Positions 13,701 to 25,069 of a stretch of 64,000 nucleotides of DNA are shown here, one piece after another. Numbering within the stretch: position 1 is the first letter of the stretch; every line of letters begins with the position of its first letter. The stretch is from Marsupella aquatica. Its lineage: Eukaryota; Plantae; Marchantiophyta. The DNA is taken from contig OZ316891.1 of the NCBI GenBank assembly GCA_973895155.1, positions 14,849,037-14,913,036 of the forward strand. Reading direction: 5' to 3'. Below the pieces are notes generated by a model. That model was not told the DNA's origin. It saw nothing but the letters and a program-made list of their open reading frames with translations, and did not search any database. The position numbers and the translations under genes were made by a program.

Positions 13701-14867
13701 CAGGAGGAATTGGTTTGCAGATTGCTGAAATCCTTGTATGGGTTGAAGCAGTCACCAAGATAGTGGAACAAGCGGTTTGACGATTGGATTTGGTCACAAG
13801 GTATTCATAGAAGTGTATTTGACCCTTGTGTGTATTTGAAATCGGTAAAGAATGTTGTCTTTGGGTTCATTGTTTTAGTACTTTATGTGGATGATATGCT
13901 AATTGCAGCCAAGGATAGGTTTGAGATTGTTAAGCTCAAGGCACTGCTTAGTGCAGAGTTTAAGATGAAGGACTTAGGGCCAGCTAAGAGGATTTTGGGT
14001 ATGGAGATCACTAGGGACTTGGAGGCTGGCAAGCTATGGTTGACGCAGAGCAGTTATGCGAGGAAGGTAATTGCAAGGTTCAACATGGGGAATAGCAAGC
14101 CAGTAAGTACCCCGTTGGCTCCACACTTCAAGTTATCATCAGCGTTCTATCCTACGGATGACACAGAGAAGGGGTTGATGTCAAAGGTTTCGTATGACAA
14201 GTCAATGGGGAGTCTCATGTATTTGATGACTTGCACTAGACCTGATCTTGCCATGGCTATGGGCAAGGTGAGCAGGTACATGTCGAATCCAGGGAAGGTA
14301 CACTGGGAAGCAGTGAAGTGGATTATCAGGTACTTGAAGGGTACCGTGAATCATGGTCTTTTATTTGATGCGAATGCAAAGAATGCTAAATCATTGATTG
14401 GCTATGTTGATTCTGACTATGGACAAGATTTGGACCGAAGGAGATCAACAACAGGATACGTGTTCACACTTGGCGGTGGATGCATAAGTTGGAGGTCTAC
14501 TTTGCAGAAGTGTATTGCTCAGTCTACTACAGAAGCGGAGTATGTTGCAGCTGCGGAAGCAGCAAAGGAAGCGATTCGGTTGGATAGACTTATCACTGAA
14601 ATGGGATTGCCATAGGGGAATGTGAAGCTCCATTGTGATAGTCAAAGTGCACTCCACCTTGCTGTGAACCAGGTGATGGACAGCAGAGTGAAGCACATTG
14701 ACGTCAGGTACCATTTTATCAGGCAGGCTGTGTCTGATAATTTGTTTGAGCTAGTCAAGATTGATGGTAAACTCAACCCGGCTGACGCATTTACCAAAGT
14801 GATTCCTTTGGAGAGTTTTTCTAGACACCATAACGTATTGCAGGTTTTGCAATTGCATCACAAGTAG
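10717..14867 (+). pseudogene. copia gag-pol polyprotein, disrupted
   Basis: gag (KYEVTKYDGRSDYLLW), zinc knuckle CWKCDQV*HFKRDC, protease WILDCACSFH, GAG-pre-integrase LWHSRLGH..CEHC, integrase (HSDVWGP, RSDNGGEY, QQNGVAER), RT (YKARLVAKG, LYVDDML), RNase H (GYVDSD, CDSQSA, KHIDVRYHFIR). In-frame stops at ~11382, 11466, 12336, 13761 and 14613; frameshifts at ~11030 and ~11575. Confidence 0.95.
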
Positions 14868-15057
14868 AGTTTTCTTAACATTCATTGTAATTACTGATAT
14901 ATGCTCTTCCTCATTCCTATGTATTAGGCTACGGCTTAGTTCTGGTTTGCTCTAGTTAGAGAGGGAAACCGGTTTGGTTTTTGTCCAGAACTTCCCGCTG
15001 AGGGATCATATACATTGGCAGTATTACTCTCCCCTAGACCAGAGTCAAGGGGAAGAT

Positions 15058-15425
15058 TGTTGGGTATTTACTCTTACGTCTAGGTTAGGTATGACGTGGG
15101 TTGGTACAACTACGTGGTTAGGTACAACTACGTGATTAGGTACAACTATGTGGTTAGGTACAACTAAGTTGCATACTATATCATAAGAGGCATGTGTGCT
15201 TGGAGAGGTAGAACCAAGGCTCATTGTTATGGAGCCACTTGAGAGATAGGGAGAGCTTACACTGTGGAGACTTGGTATAGCCGACGGGCTTAGAGTTCAG
15301 TAAAGCTCTCTTGTGTGTTCCCGTGGACGTAGCCTCAAGGAGGTGAACCACGTATCTCTTGTGTCGACTATTGTGCGTTGGATGGTTCATGGGCTTGCCG
15401 TTACGATCGTCGTCTATGCTCAACA
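15058..15425 (+). repeat. 3' LTR (368 bp) containing 4 copies of the 18-bp unit
   Basis: Colinear with the 5' LTR except for five fewer 18-bp units, a 1-bp indel and about five transitions downstream of the array. Confidence 0.95.
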
Positions 15426-17489
15426 TCTTGTGTGTTCCCGTGGATGTAGCCTCAAGGAGGTGAACCACGTATCTCTTGTGTCGATTACTTGCGCGTTGGA
15501 TGTGTCATGTGCTTACCGTTGCGATTGTCGTCTATGCTCAACACGGCCTGCCCAAATGGCAAGGGTGAACAAAAGCTACTCTTGCTGAAGAAAATGCTAA
15601 GTGCCATCCCCGGTGCCATCTAAAGATAATGTCCACAATGTCTTAAAAAAAACCAGTAGTGTTGACCATTTGCCCCACCCTCACGGCATGGGTTAGCAAA
15701 AAATTCTCTCTCTGAACATTGTCTTCTGGCACTCTTTAGGGTACTTTTAACCCTAAACACATAAATCTGAGCATAAATCCTTGTGTTTTGCTTGCAATTT
15801 ACTGATCCTACCTGTCAATCAGTGGGCCCTTAAAGTGGTGAATGAAGTGGAGCCTAGGGTCTTCCCAAACCTTAGGACTACTAACTCCAGACTAAAGGTT
15901 TTTATGTATGCAATTTGCATTTTATTAATGACAGAGAATGTCCCCCATAAACATTTGACTGGCTGGTTTTGTAATGCAAGAGGTGGTCTTTGGGCTTTCA
16001 TTGGACAAAATGCAAAAAGAAGATGTAGTCATTATTTTACATGGAGACACTAGTAACTTACACCTGCACATCAACTGAAACAAGGTTTTTATTTGTTCAT
16101 ATGTTCTTTACTCTTTGGGGTTTTCCCTTTTATTGGATTTTGTTAGTAGTTTGATAGCCCTGGTTCTTGTTGCATTCATATTAAGCAATATTCAATCATG
16201 ATCAGAAATATTTATAAGGTAATGACATACTTACAGTGGCAATAGCACTACCAATTTAATTATACTCAATTCATTTGATTCTAATCCATAAGCTCGGGAC
16301 CCCGCTCGGGACCCCGCTCTAAACCCTAAACCCCTTACTCCCTTCTGCATATTGTGGCCGAGGGATAGCATGGTTAAGGATAATAATACACACTTTGCAT
16401 TTCCTTGACTAATATGGCACATCTCAAAAGGTGTAAGGGGCATAACTAAGGGTCATCATAAACATTAAAATGATCAGAACAGAGTCCTTCCGACATGGCT
16501 TTGCTAGTTTATACTTGGGGTAAAGTTTTGCTTCAAGCCTAACTTAACACTACTGATTTGTGTCCGCCTAAAATTCTCGTGTAGGGGGGGGGGGTCACTT
16601 CCACAGAAGTGGCATATTAGTGTGACAAAGTATAGGGCCATCTAAATAGTTCTGACGGAAGACTTATGAAGTTGTCAATAAAATTATAGGGTTGTTTAAT
16701 TGTGAAGTGTCATCATGTGATTGATGTCGTACAACTTTATATAAAGTGACTTAGGGGGTGATAAAATGACCCAAAACTTTGAATGTTATGTATGGCCTTT
16801 CATGTAGAGACCCCCTGAGCTAAAACTGTCACCGCCTTTGCCCAAACCAACTAAATAAACCCATGAGAGAACACAATCCTGCCTAGAACCACAAGAAAAA
16901 GAGATACTGGCACTCCACAGAGCATTGAGTCCCGACCTATCAAAACTCTAAAAACAGTTTGAAGACATTATCCACAATGTCTTCAAATCCTAACCAGAAA
17001 ATTGGGTTAGTGTGATAGCAGGAAACTACGGCCCCAATGCATGCACAGAGACATGGTCAACCACAGGAGGCAACTATTGTGGTGACAAGGTAAGGCATGG
17101 TAGGAACCTGTGCACTTTTGCCCTATAGAATAGCTGAGTGTATGGCTCATTAAGAGGGGGTTGATAAGGGCAAAAGCGTTTCTAGGGGGCTGATCAAGTA
17201 AAGTTTTACTGGTAGTGGGTCTACCAAGCACATCCCTCTTCTTTAGGTCCTTAGAGCATGTCTTCCCAGCTATGTTAGATCTACTATTCTATGGGTCTAA
17301 TCTAGGTCGGCATAATTTCCAACTCACACTTTGTGGACCCCATGAGATAGCCATGGATATTGAAGTAATTGTGGTCCCTCGAGACTTTGAGGCTTGCATC
17401 CTTGAGAAATGACACACTTTTGCATGATGTCCCATACACAAGGGTGTGGTCCCTCAATCGACTAACTTTGTTCCGTCCTTTTGTCCTAC

Positions 17490-17772
17490 TTTCTTTTTTG
17501 CTTTGAAACCGAAAGCCGACCCATCCAACAAAGAATAGTAGAGAACTCCTGAGCATGCACCTCTGTAGGGTAGCCCACAAGGGGGGATCATACCCAGGAC
17601 CAGGAGGGAGGGTGGGTTGGACCAAAGCCCAAAGCGGATCAGCCAGGGCTGAGGAGGAACCAGTACACCCCACCCACACACACACTCACCCTCCACAAGC
17701 CTTGCATGTAGGGGATTGAACCTAGGACCTCTAGGTTCTAGGCTCATCCCCTGGCCAACTAACCACAACCAT
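17490..17772 (-). mobile_element. Putative tRNA-derived SINE
   Basis: The minus strand reads GATGGTTGTGGTTAGTTGG (A-box-like)...GGTTCAATCCC (B-box, + strand 17712-17722) at tRNA-like spacing, then a GC-rich body and an A-rich end (CAAAGCAAAAAAGAAAG). No clear cloverleaf and no TSD found. Confidence 0.45.
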
Positions 17773-19206
17773 CTTCAAAACCAAATCTGTTGCAAAATGC
17801 CTCTCCAGCTCTTTGACATATTGTGTCTCCTTTTACTCCACCTTTTACTCCAATCATGAGGGTTCTTCGCGAAATTCCTGAGTCTTTGATCCTCTGCATC
17901 CCATGTTGAAGTGGGCATCATTCTATGCTATGCGAGAGTGCTTTGTGTTTTTATGGGAAGTTCCGGCTGAAGTGAACTTTTCCAGTGACGCGACGTCTTT
18001 GACCTTTTCAATCCTCTGTTTGCCTCAGGCCTCAGGGGGGTTTGCCTCAGTGGTACAGTGATGCAGTGTGCAATAAATGCCTGCCTAATGAAAGTCGGTC
18101 TTGGAAGTTTCGAGGTTGCTCATTCACAGCCAAGGGCTGCGGTCTGTTGGTTGACTACTTGACTCTCACTTCCCTAGTCGAGGGGTTGACTCCAGACTGA
18201 AAGATGGATTCTCGCAGATAACGATAGGATTCTCCTGAGTTCTAACTTTCGGCTTGAACAGTTGAACGGTGATTTTGCTAGCCTAGGCTGATGACTACTC
18301 TTTGAGAAGCTGAAGCCCACTTGTATCCCCTGCTTTTTATATGTCGGCAAATTTGTCGTTACAAGTGGGCTTCTCAACGAGCAATGAACAGAAACAAAAT
18401 CAAACCAATATGGTGAGTAATTGAGTATTATAGCTCGATGTGGCATTTTGCAGAGCCTGTGTTGCGAGCGAGTGACATGGCCGCCTTGAATGACGGGCCA
18501 TCGTGTCTGCGACAATTCGCCACTTGCCGGCTAGATTTCTCAGGGGGTAGGTATCTATCTATAGCCAGTAACATATGGATCTTAGTTTGTCTTTTGTCAT
18601 TTCTCCTTTTTCCGCTTTCTAGATGCATTTTGCAGCTTCTTTTGGGTTCGGGGTTGTACGCTGGGGACCTCGTTTTTGATGTCCCTTCATTGTACTTTGT
18701 TTGTAAATTATGACCACTTTTAATATGGCCTCAATTGGTCCTTGGTTGGAAAGTCAGTCTGTTGTTGATTTGTTTGACTCTTACTTGGCCGTCTTACAGA
18801 GTGACGGACTTGAAAGCCGCATGTGCAGGAAAGATTCGAACGCGGCCGAGCTTGGACGGTCAAGGTCATTACGAAGAAGTACAGCTTGGACGAAGAGAGC
18901 TTGGACGAGAGCTCAGTTTGTCAAGATCGTTAAGAAGAAGTACAGCTCGGGAGAAGAGAGCATACTGACTGAAATGCGACAGCCACTCCGAAAACCGTCC
19001 GTCGTCTGCTCCCAGCAAATTTCTGCAAAGAATTCCTGATTCTCGATTGGAAGACGAGAACGAGGGGACTTCTGAAGCTTGATTATTGGCAGCAATTCTT
19101 AGCTGGAGCTCGAACACATAACGGCGTTCGTTGAGCTAGTGTTTTGTTGTTGTTGTCTGGATTGAGAGTGTATGTGTGAGATTATTTGTGTGTGAAATTT
19201 TCTGGT

Positions 19207-20748
19207 ATGGGAGACGATGCAGGAGAGGCGATGGTGGCGAAGCCGGGAGGAGGAGGAATGGAACTTTTACAGCCTCTCGGGATTGCCATTTTGGTGGTGC
19301 TGGTGGTCAGGCTCGTCGTGCTGATCATCTTTCCGTCAAAGCCGAAATTGAACCTGCCACCGGGACCGAAGGGGTGGCCGATTGTGGGAACGCTATTCGA
19401 GACAAGGGGCCCGAAAACGCACAAGATCTTGACTAACTTGGCTAAGGAGTACGGGCCAATCTACACTCTGAAGACGGGGCTGCGTTACTTCATCGTTGTC
19501 ACATCTGCCGATGTAGCCTATGAAGCTCTGGTGAAGGACTTCAACAACTTCTCATCCCGTCCGAAGCTGCAGTCGCGCCTGAATTACACCGGCTTCAGGA
19601 GCGTCAACTCCGCTCTGTTTGGTCCCTACTGGCGTGGAACTCGCAAGAACCTCGTGTCTCACGTGCTCTCCACGAAGCAAGTTGCGTCCTTCGCACCGTT
19701 CCGCGAGGAGGAGCTGGACATACTTATCACGAGAGTCAAGTCCGAAGCTGCTAGTAACGATAATGTCGTCACCGTTCTATCTCACTGCCGCTTCACGGTT
19801 TTCAGCATTCTTCTGCACGTCTGCTTCGGCATGAAGTTCGAGCCGTCGGCCGTCGAGGAACTCGATGAGATCCTTAAGCGTCTCCTCGTCATCCTTGCTC
19901 CTCAAGTCATCGACTTCCTCCCCTTTCTGCGACCGTTCTCCAAGCACAGGGCTGAATGCCAAGCTCTACTCCAGCGGGTGAGGAAGTTGTTCGGCCCCAT
20001 CATCGAACAGCACCGTCAGCAAAAGGAGAGAGGCGAAGCTGCCGGGGACTATCTGGACTCTCTCCTAGCTTTGCAGAAGGACAAGGATCTCCAGCTGGTG
20101 GAGACCGATATTTTGGGTTTGCTAGGGGAAGTGCTCACCGCTGGCACAGACACCACTGCCAACACTCTCGAATGGACCATGGGTAATCTGATTCAGCACC
20201 CGGAAATGCAGGCCCGTGTGTACGAGGAAATCAAGTCCGTTGCAGGAAACAGACCTGTGAGCGAATCAGACTTAGACAAATTACCTTACCTTCAAGCCGT
20301 GGTGAAGGAGGCTTTGAGAAAGCACCCTCCGCTGCCATTCGGAATTGTCCACGGCGTCTCCACACAGTGCAAACTGAGGGGCTACGACATCCCCGAGGAT
20401 GCCATCTTTCTGTACCACGTTCAAGCCATCCAGAATAACCCCGAGCACTGGGAAAATCCTGACCAATTCAACCCGGAGAGGTTCCTCAAGCCGAATGTGA
20501 ACCACGACATGACCGGCTCCCATGGAATCGAGAGCTTCCACCTCATTCCTTTTGGAGTAGGACGGCGCATCTGTCCCGGCATGAGCCTGGGTCTCAAGCA
20601 TGCCCACCTTCTTCTCGGCCGCCTCATTCAGAACTTCGAGTGGAGCCATCCGAACCCCGGACAGAATGTCGACTTCGAAGAGCATTTGGAATTCACCATC
20701 GTCATGAGCAACTCCTTGAAGGCCCGCATCAGAGAGCGAACGGAGTAA
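19207..20748 (+). CDS. Cytochrome P450, clan 71, CYP77-like, intronless (start ATG 19207 or 19258)
   Basis: N-terminal TM anchor, LPPGPKGWPIVG hinge, FSSRP...VNSALFGPYWRGTRKNLVS (CYP77/CYP89-type), I-helix AGTDTT, ExxR (EALR), PERF, and heme motif FGVGRRICPG. Confidence 0.93.
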   Translation: MGDDAGEAMVAKPGGGGMELLQPLGIAILVVLVVRLVVLIIFPSKPKLNLPPGPKGWPIVGTLFETRGPKTHKILTNLAKEYGPIYTLKTGLRYFIVVTSADVAYEALVKDFNNFSSRPKLQSRLNYTGFRSVNSALFGPYWRGTRKNLVSHVLSTKQVASFAPFREEELDILITRVKSEAASNDNVVTVLSHCRFTVFSILLHVCFGMKFEPSAVEELDEILKRLLVILAPQVIDFLPFLRPFSKHRAECQALLQRVRKLFGPIIEQHRQQKERGEAAGDYLDSLLALQKDKDLQLVETDILGLLGEVLTAGTDTTANTLEWTMGNLIQHPEMQARVYEEIKSVAGNRPVSESDLDKLPYLQAVVKEALRKHPPLPFGIVHGVSTQCKLRGYDIPEDAIFLYHVQAIQNNPEHWENPDQFNPERFLKPNVNHDMTGSHGIESFHLIPFGVGRRICPGMSLGLKHAHLLLGRLIQNFEWSHPNPGQNVDFEEHLEFTIVMSNSLKARIRERTE

Positions 20749-21042
20749 TTGCATAGCATAGCATTGGATGACCATCTTTCAGTCATCAAAAGCTAACAAA
20801 CGTCATTAGCAAGTGACAGGGTTTCACATTGGGGGCGGGGCGTGTAACATTTGGTTTGGTTAGGTCTTTATTTGTTTGGACGTACCATCCTTATCGGGTA
20901 CTTATTTTGGTAACCTATATTCTGTCTTGATCCTAAGTGAGTTTTATGCCCTGATAACCCATAACGATTCTGTCTTGATCCAAAGTGAGTTTTATGTCCT
21001 GAGCCGTAACTCAGGTACAATTATGCTGCTTTGACAACAAGG

Positions 21043-21302
21043 AAGTGCCTTGACTGACCACCTGTAGATTTTGGTTGCTTCAATAGAGACATTCTAGTGT
21101 TGCAAGAGAAAGGGTAGGTACATTAAAAACTCGGTTGATAGATAGGGGAAAACGAAGTGCCTTGACTGACCTGATTAGTCCTAATGGTTTCAATAGAGAC
21201 ATTCTAGTGTAGCAAGTGAAAGGGTTGTACAGTAAAGACTCGGTTGATGAGATAGGGGACAAAGAAGTGCCCTGACTGACCTGATTAGATTTTGGTTGCT
21301 TC
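21043..21302. repeat. Tandem ~111-bp repeat (~2.3 copies) downstream of the P450
   Basis: AAGTGCC(T/C)TGACTGACC recurs at ~21043, ~21155 and ~21265. TTCAATAGAGACATTCTAGTGT occurs twice. Confidence 0.7.
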
Positions 21303-24300
21303 ACTCTAGATTATCGAGTGAATTTTTTGCAACTCAGTGTCACTGTTGTGGCTTTCCCTCGCTGTTGTAAATTGCTTGTAAAGGCTTTCTTTATGCATTA
21401 CCCTTTACAGTTTTTAACCACATTGCCACTAAAGTTGTGGCTTATTACAATACTGCCACGGTTTTCGTATGTGGTTAGTTGGGTTTATGCGAGTTAACTC
21501 AAGGGAGACGTGTCTTATTGTAAATGGGTGAAAAACCCGTCCAGTCCGTCAAGCATTGGGTTTCCGTCAACCTCCTGAACTGCGTGCTCGTTTTGTGAGG
21601 CCCAACTACACCCAGAGTAGTTTGTAGTTTGAAATTTCCCCAGTTGCAACCTGGGAGAAAACACCGCAGCAACGTCCCGAATAAGCGCGGCGACTGCAGC
21701 CAGAGTGTGAAGTGAATGTTCCTTCAACATAGGAAACCTTGAAGCTGCTATGACCACAATATATGCAGAATGAACTCAATCATCATTCTTCTGCTGTACT
21801 GCATACATTCCTTCCTCTTGAGCGACGACTTCGCGACAGGCATCCCCGTAGGCATCTTCCAACAACGATGACTTTGCAACATTTCAAGCCAACTCGATGC
21901 GCCTCCTCTCGAATTAACAAAGTGAAGTCTCGAGTGAAGTCAAGCAGTGTATTGTTTCTCACCCATTGCTCATCGACTTCTTTCTGTCCTGCGTACCTCA
22001 GTTTTACTGGATCGTGTCTCTTTCATGGAACTAAATGCAACATGATGAGTTGTTGAGGTATTACAAGCAACCGAAACTGTTGCAAATCATAGTGAAATAT
22101 GAGTATTGTTAGTCAGTGGCGCTTGATCACATCACCATTGTGTACAAGATTACTTTCAGGTTGGGCGCATTTTCCCCTCTTCAATGCATATCATCAATCC
22201 GTGATCGTCAGGTCAAGTATGTGAACAATTTAGGACTCGGGAAGCTTTTGGACAAATCAGGGATGGCAGTGAGGTTGTAGCTTCATATTTACAAGATCAA
22301 GATGTGCATAGATTGAACATTATCCCACATTTTGCTTCTTGTTCATTTTGACAAGTAATCTGATGCTATGAGGCTTCAATGTGTCATTTCAGTGTGTTGC
22401 TTGCTTTCCTTCCAAAAATTACTTAGTGGCCGAAGACATGCGCAAAAGTAGATAGACTCCAATTGAACATAAATTTCATTTTCGAAAATGGATGCTGCAG
22501 CATTCAGTGGAGCACTCGTTCAGTGCAGCGTTCATTGTCATCCCCAATGCAGATGAGTAGAGAATCATATATTAAGTACACCACGGAGAGCTCTTACTAG
22601 CCAAATTCTTTTTCATGTAAGATATTGAGCATTGATACTAGGCATTGACTCCTTTTTAGTGGGTCTACGAGTTTTTAACAAACCACAGACCCAATGTGGT
22701 TCATGTGTTTTGAACTGAAATGTGGCCTTTTATATTCTAGTGCCCTGACTTATTAGAGGGTTATTAGACATTAACTAATTCAGCTTCTCTTATTCCATTC
22801 TTGCTCAAATTTGTTGGCTTCTGTTACATAGTTCTGACTCAATTTTCCTTTCTCAATTATATGCAGAGGCTTACTGCCATTCACACTCTTACAGCAGCCA
22901 TGGTTCAACCTTCTTTGAAGAGAGGTGATACTTTTCAGACTTGGCAAGATGTCAGGAGGGCAATTGTCAAACACGGTGTGGCAACTGAAAGGGTGATCAC
23001 AACATACAAAAAGGATACTTTGCGTTTCCTTGGAAAGTGCAAAATGTGGTGGAATGAAAATCCGGTCCACAAATGTTTGTGGTCTGTTCGAGTCATTATG
23101 AGCTCCAAGACAGAGACCATTACCATCACACAACTCAATGATCACCATAGTTGTTGTGCAGCAGACCATTACACTAGGCGCATGCATAATTCATTTGACT
23201 ACTTGCGAGACTACTTGGCTACTTTGATCTTTGACATCATAATAAGACAAACTAGAGCTTGCTCGTTGAGGGACACTGCCCAGGCTATTTGGCATCCAGA
23301 TGTTAGATACCACACTGCACATGCAGCAAAGAAGAGGGCCCTTGTTCGATTGGATGGTGATGAGAAGGAGTCCTTTCGTCTGATCCCTAGTCACTGTCAC
23401 CACATTTTACAAAGGGGTCCGGGTGCTGTTGCAAACTACACAGCACCTGATGGATGCTTTGAAACTTTATTTGTGTGTCCTAATGTTTCTCGAAAGGCAT
23501 ATCCTTATTGCAGGCCACTTATTGCATTAGATGGCACACATACAAAGTCTGCATATCCTCAAACGTTATTGGTAGCCATAGTGTTGGATGCTAATAACAC
23601 TGTCATGATTTTGGCATACTGCATGGTTCCATCAGAGAATGAACAGTTTTGGATGAGATTCTTGAAGGCTTTTTGCACGATGCTATCCCAGAGTTGTCTC
23701 GCATTACTACTGTTTTCATTTCAGACCGAGAAAAGGGACTGCAAAATGCTGTTGATCAGGTTTTCCCATTGGCATTCCATGCTTTTTGCACATGGCACTT
23801 GGGGAAAAATTTACAAGCTTATTCTAACAAGGCAGCAAGGAAAGCATTTGATGGGCTGGTGTATGCTGCCAATGAGGACGAGTTTTTGCGGAGGTTAGAC
23901 CAAATTGAGGAGGACTACCCGTCAGCATTTGAGTACATTGTGAAAACTGCAGATCCATCTCATTATTCGAGGGCATTCATGCCATACCCCAGGTGATGCC
24001 TCACATATGCCCATTGCTGTTGTATTAATATCTGTATTGCCCTATTGAAGAAGATTGTTTTGTTTTCATTTCTTATTGACCTTCACTAGAAGAAAACAGG
24101 GCCCTTTATGACCAATCACCCAATGACAGAGATGAATAAATGACCAAAAGTTTTAATGACACAAAAAGAATGACGGGGGAATGACTGTCCACAGTGACCA
24201 ATAGACTGAAATGACAAAATGTTAATTTTTTCGTCATTTTGTATAATGTCTATAATGACTGATGCGACCAAAATGACCCAATTTCCCTAAATGGTCAATT

Positions 24301-24469
24301 TAGACACATGTCTTAAATGACACAATTAATAACAACAATGATAAATCAGTGTTTAGCAACATTATAGTCACTCTGGACAATGACTGAAATGACCAAAAAT
24401 CTATTTGCATCATTTTGGACAACGGTGATAAATGACAAAAAATGTATTATCGTCATTTTAACCAACGGT

Positions 24470-24990
24470 GTTAAATGACAAAATTTAGGGTCAATCTGAA
24501 AATGAGAATATATCAGTGTTTACAACAACATATTGTCATTATGGACTTCTGCCATAAATGACTAACTCTAGGGGTCAATCTTGAAATTAGGACATATTAG
24601 TGTTTACAAGAACATACCGTCATTATGGACTTCTCTCATAAATGACAAAATTTAGGGTCAATCTGAAAATGAGAATATATCAGTGTTTACAACAACATAT
24701 TGTCATTATGGACTTCTGCCATAAATGACTAACTCTAGGGTCAATCTTGAAATTAGGACATATCAGTGTTTACAAGAACATACCGTCATTATGGACTTCT
24801 CTCATAAATGACTAACTCCACAGTCAATCTTGAATTAGGATATATCGGTGTTTTCAACAACATACTGTCATTATGGACTTGTCGCATAAATGACTAAATA
24901 TAGGGCAATCTAAAAATCAGGATATATCAATGTTTACAATAACATACAGTCATTATGGACTTATTACATAAATGACTACTTATAGAGTCA
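24470..24990. repeat. ~83-bp tandem array (6 copies) in the CACTA left subterminal region
   Basis: T(C/T)AGTGTTTACAA.AACATA...GTCATTATGGACTT...CATAAATGAC recurs at 24513, 24597, 24680, 24763, ~24845 and ~24927. The first four alternate between two variants. Confidence 0.88.
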
Positions 24991-25069
24991 TTAAAGAACC
25001 CAAGAGATATGAAGATTAAAATACTCAATAGTCATTCCAGACACCTATCATAATTGTAGAGTCATACAC

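Larger units (their letters stand above)
8924..15425 (+). mobile_element. Ty1/copia LTR retrotransposon, full-length but degenerate
   Basis: 5' LTR 8924-9380 and 3' LTR 15058-15425 (TG...CA). TSD TCTTG at 8919-8923 and 15426-15430. tRNA-Met-type PBS TGGTATTAGAGC at 9383-9394, purine-rich PPT AAGGGGAAGA before 15058. Domain order is gag-PR-IN-RT-RH. Confidence 0.97.
8694..15543 (+). mobile_element. Solo LTR (8694-8923 + 15431-15543, ~343 bp) interrupted by a full-length copia element
   Basis: Starts TGTTAGGTATTTACTC and ends CTATGCTCAACA. It is flanked by the 5-bp TSD CGGCC (8689-8693, 15544-15548). The two halves are colinear with the LTRs of the nested element. Confidence 0.9.

Noticed and set aside
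16310-16335. TAAACCCTAAACCC telomere-like motif (also TAAACCCTAG at ~6581)
   Set aside because: Only one or two units, a common telo-box-level occurrence and not an interstitial telomeric array.
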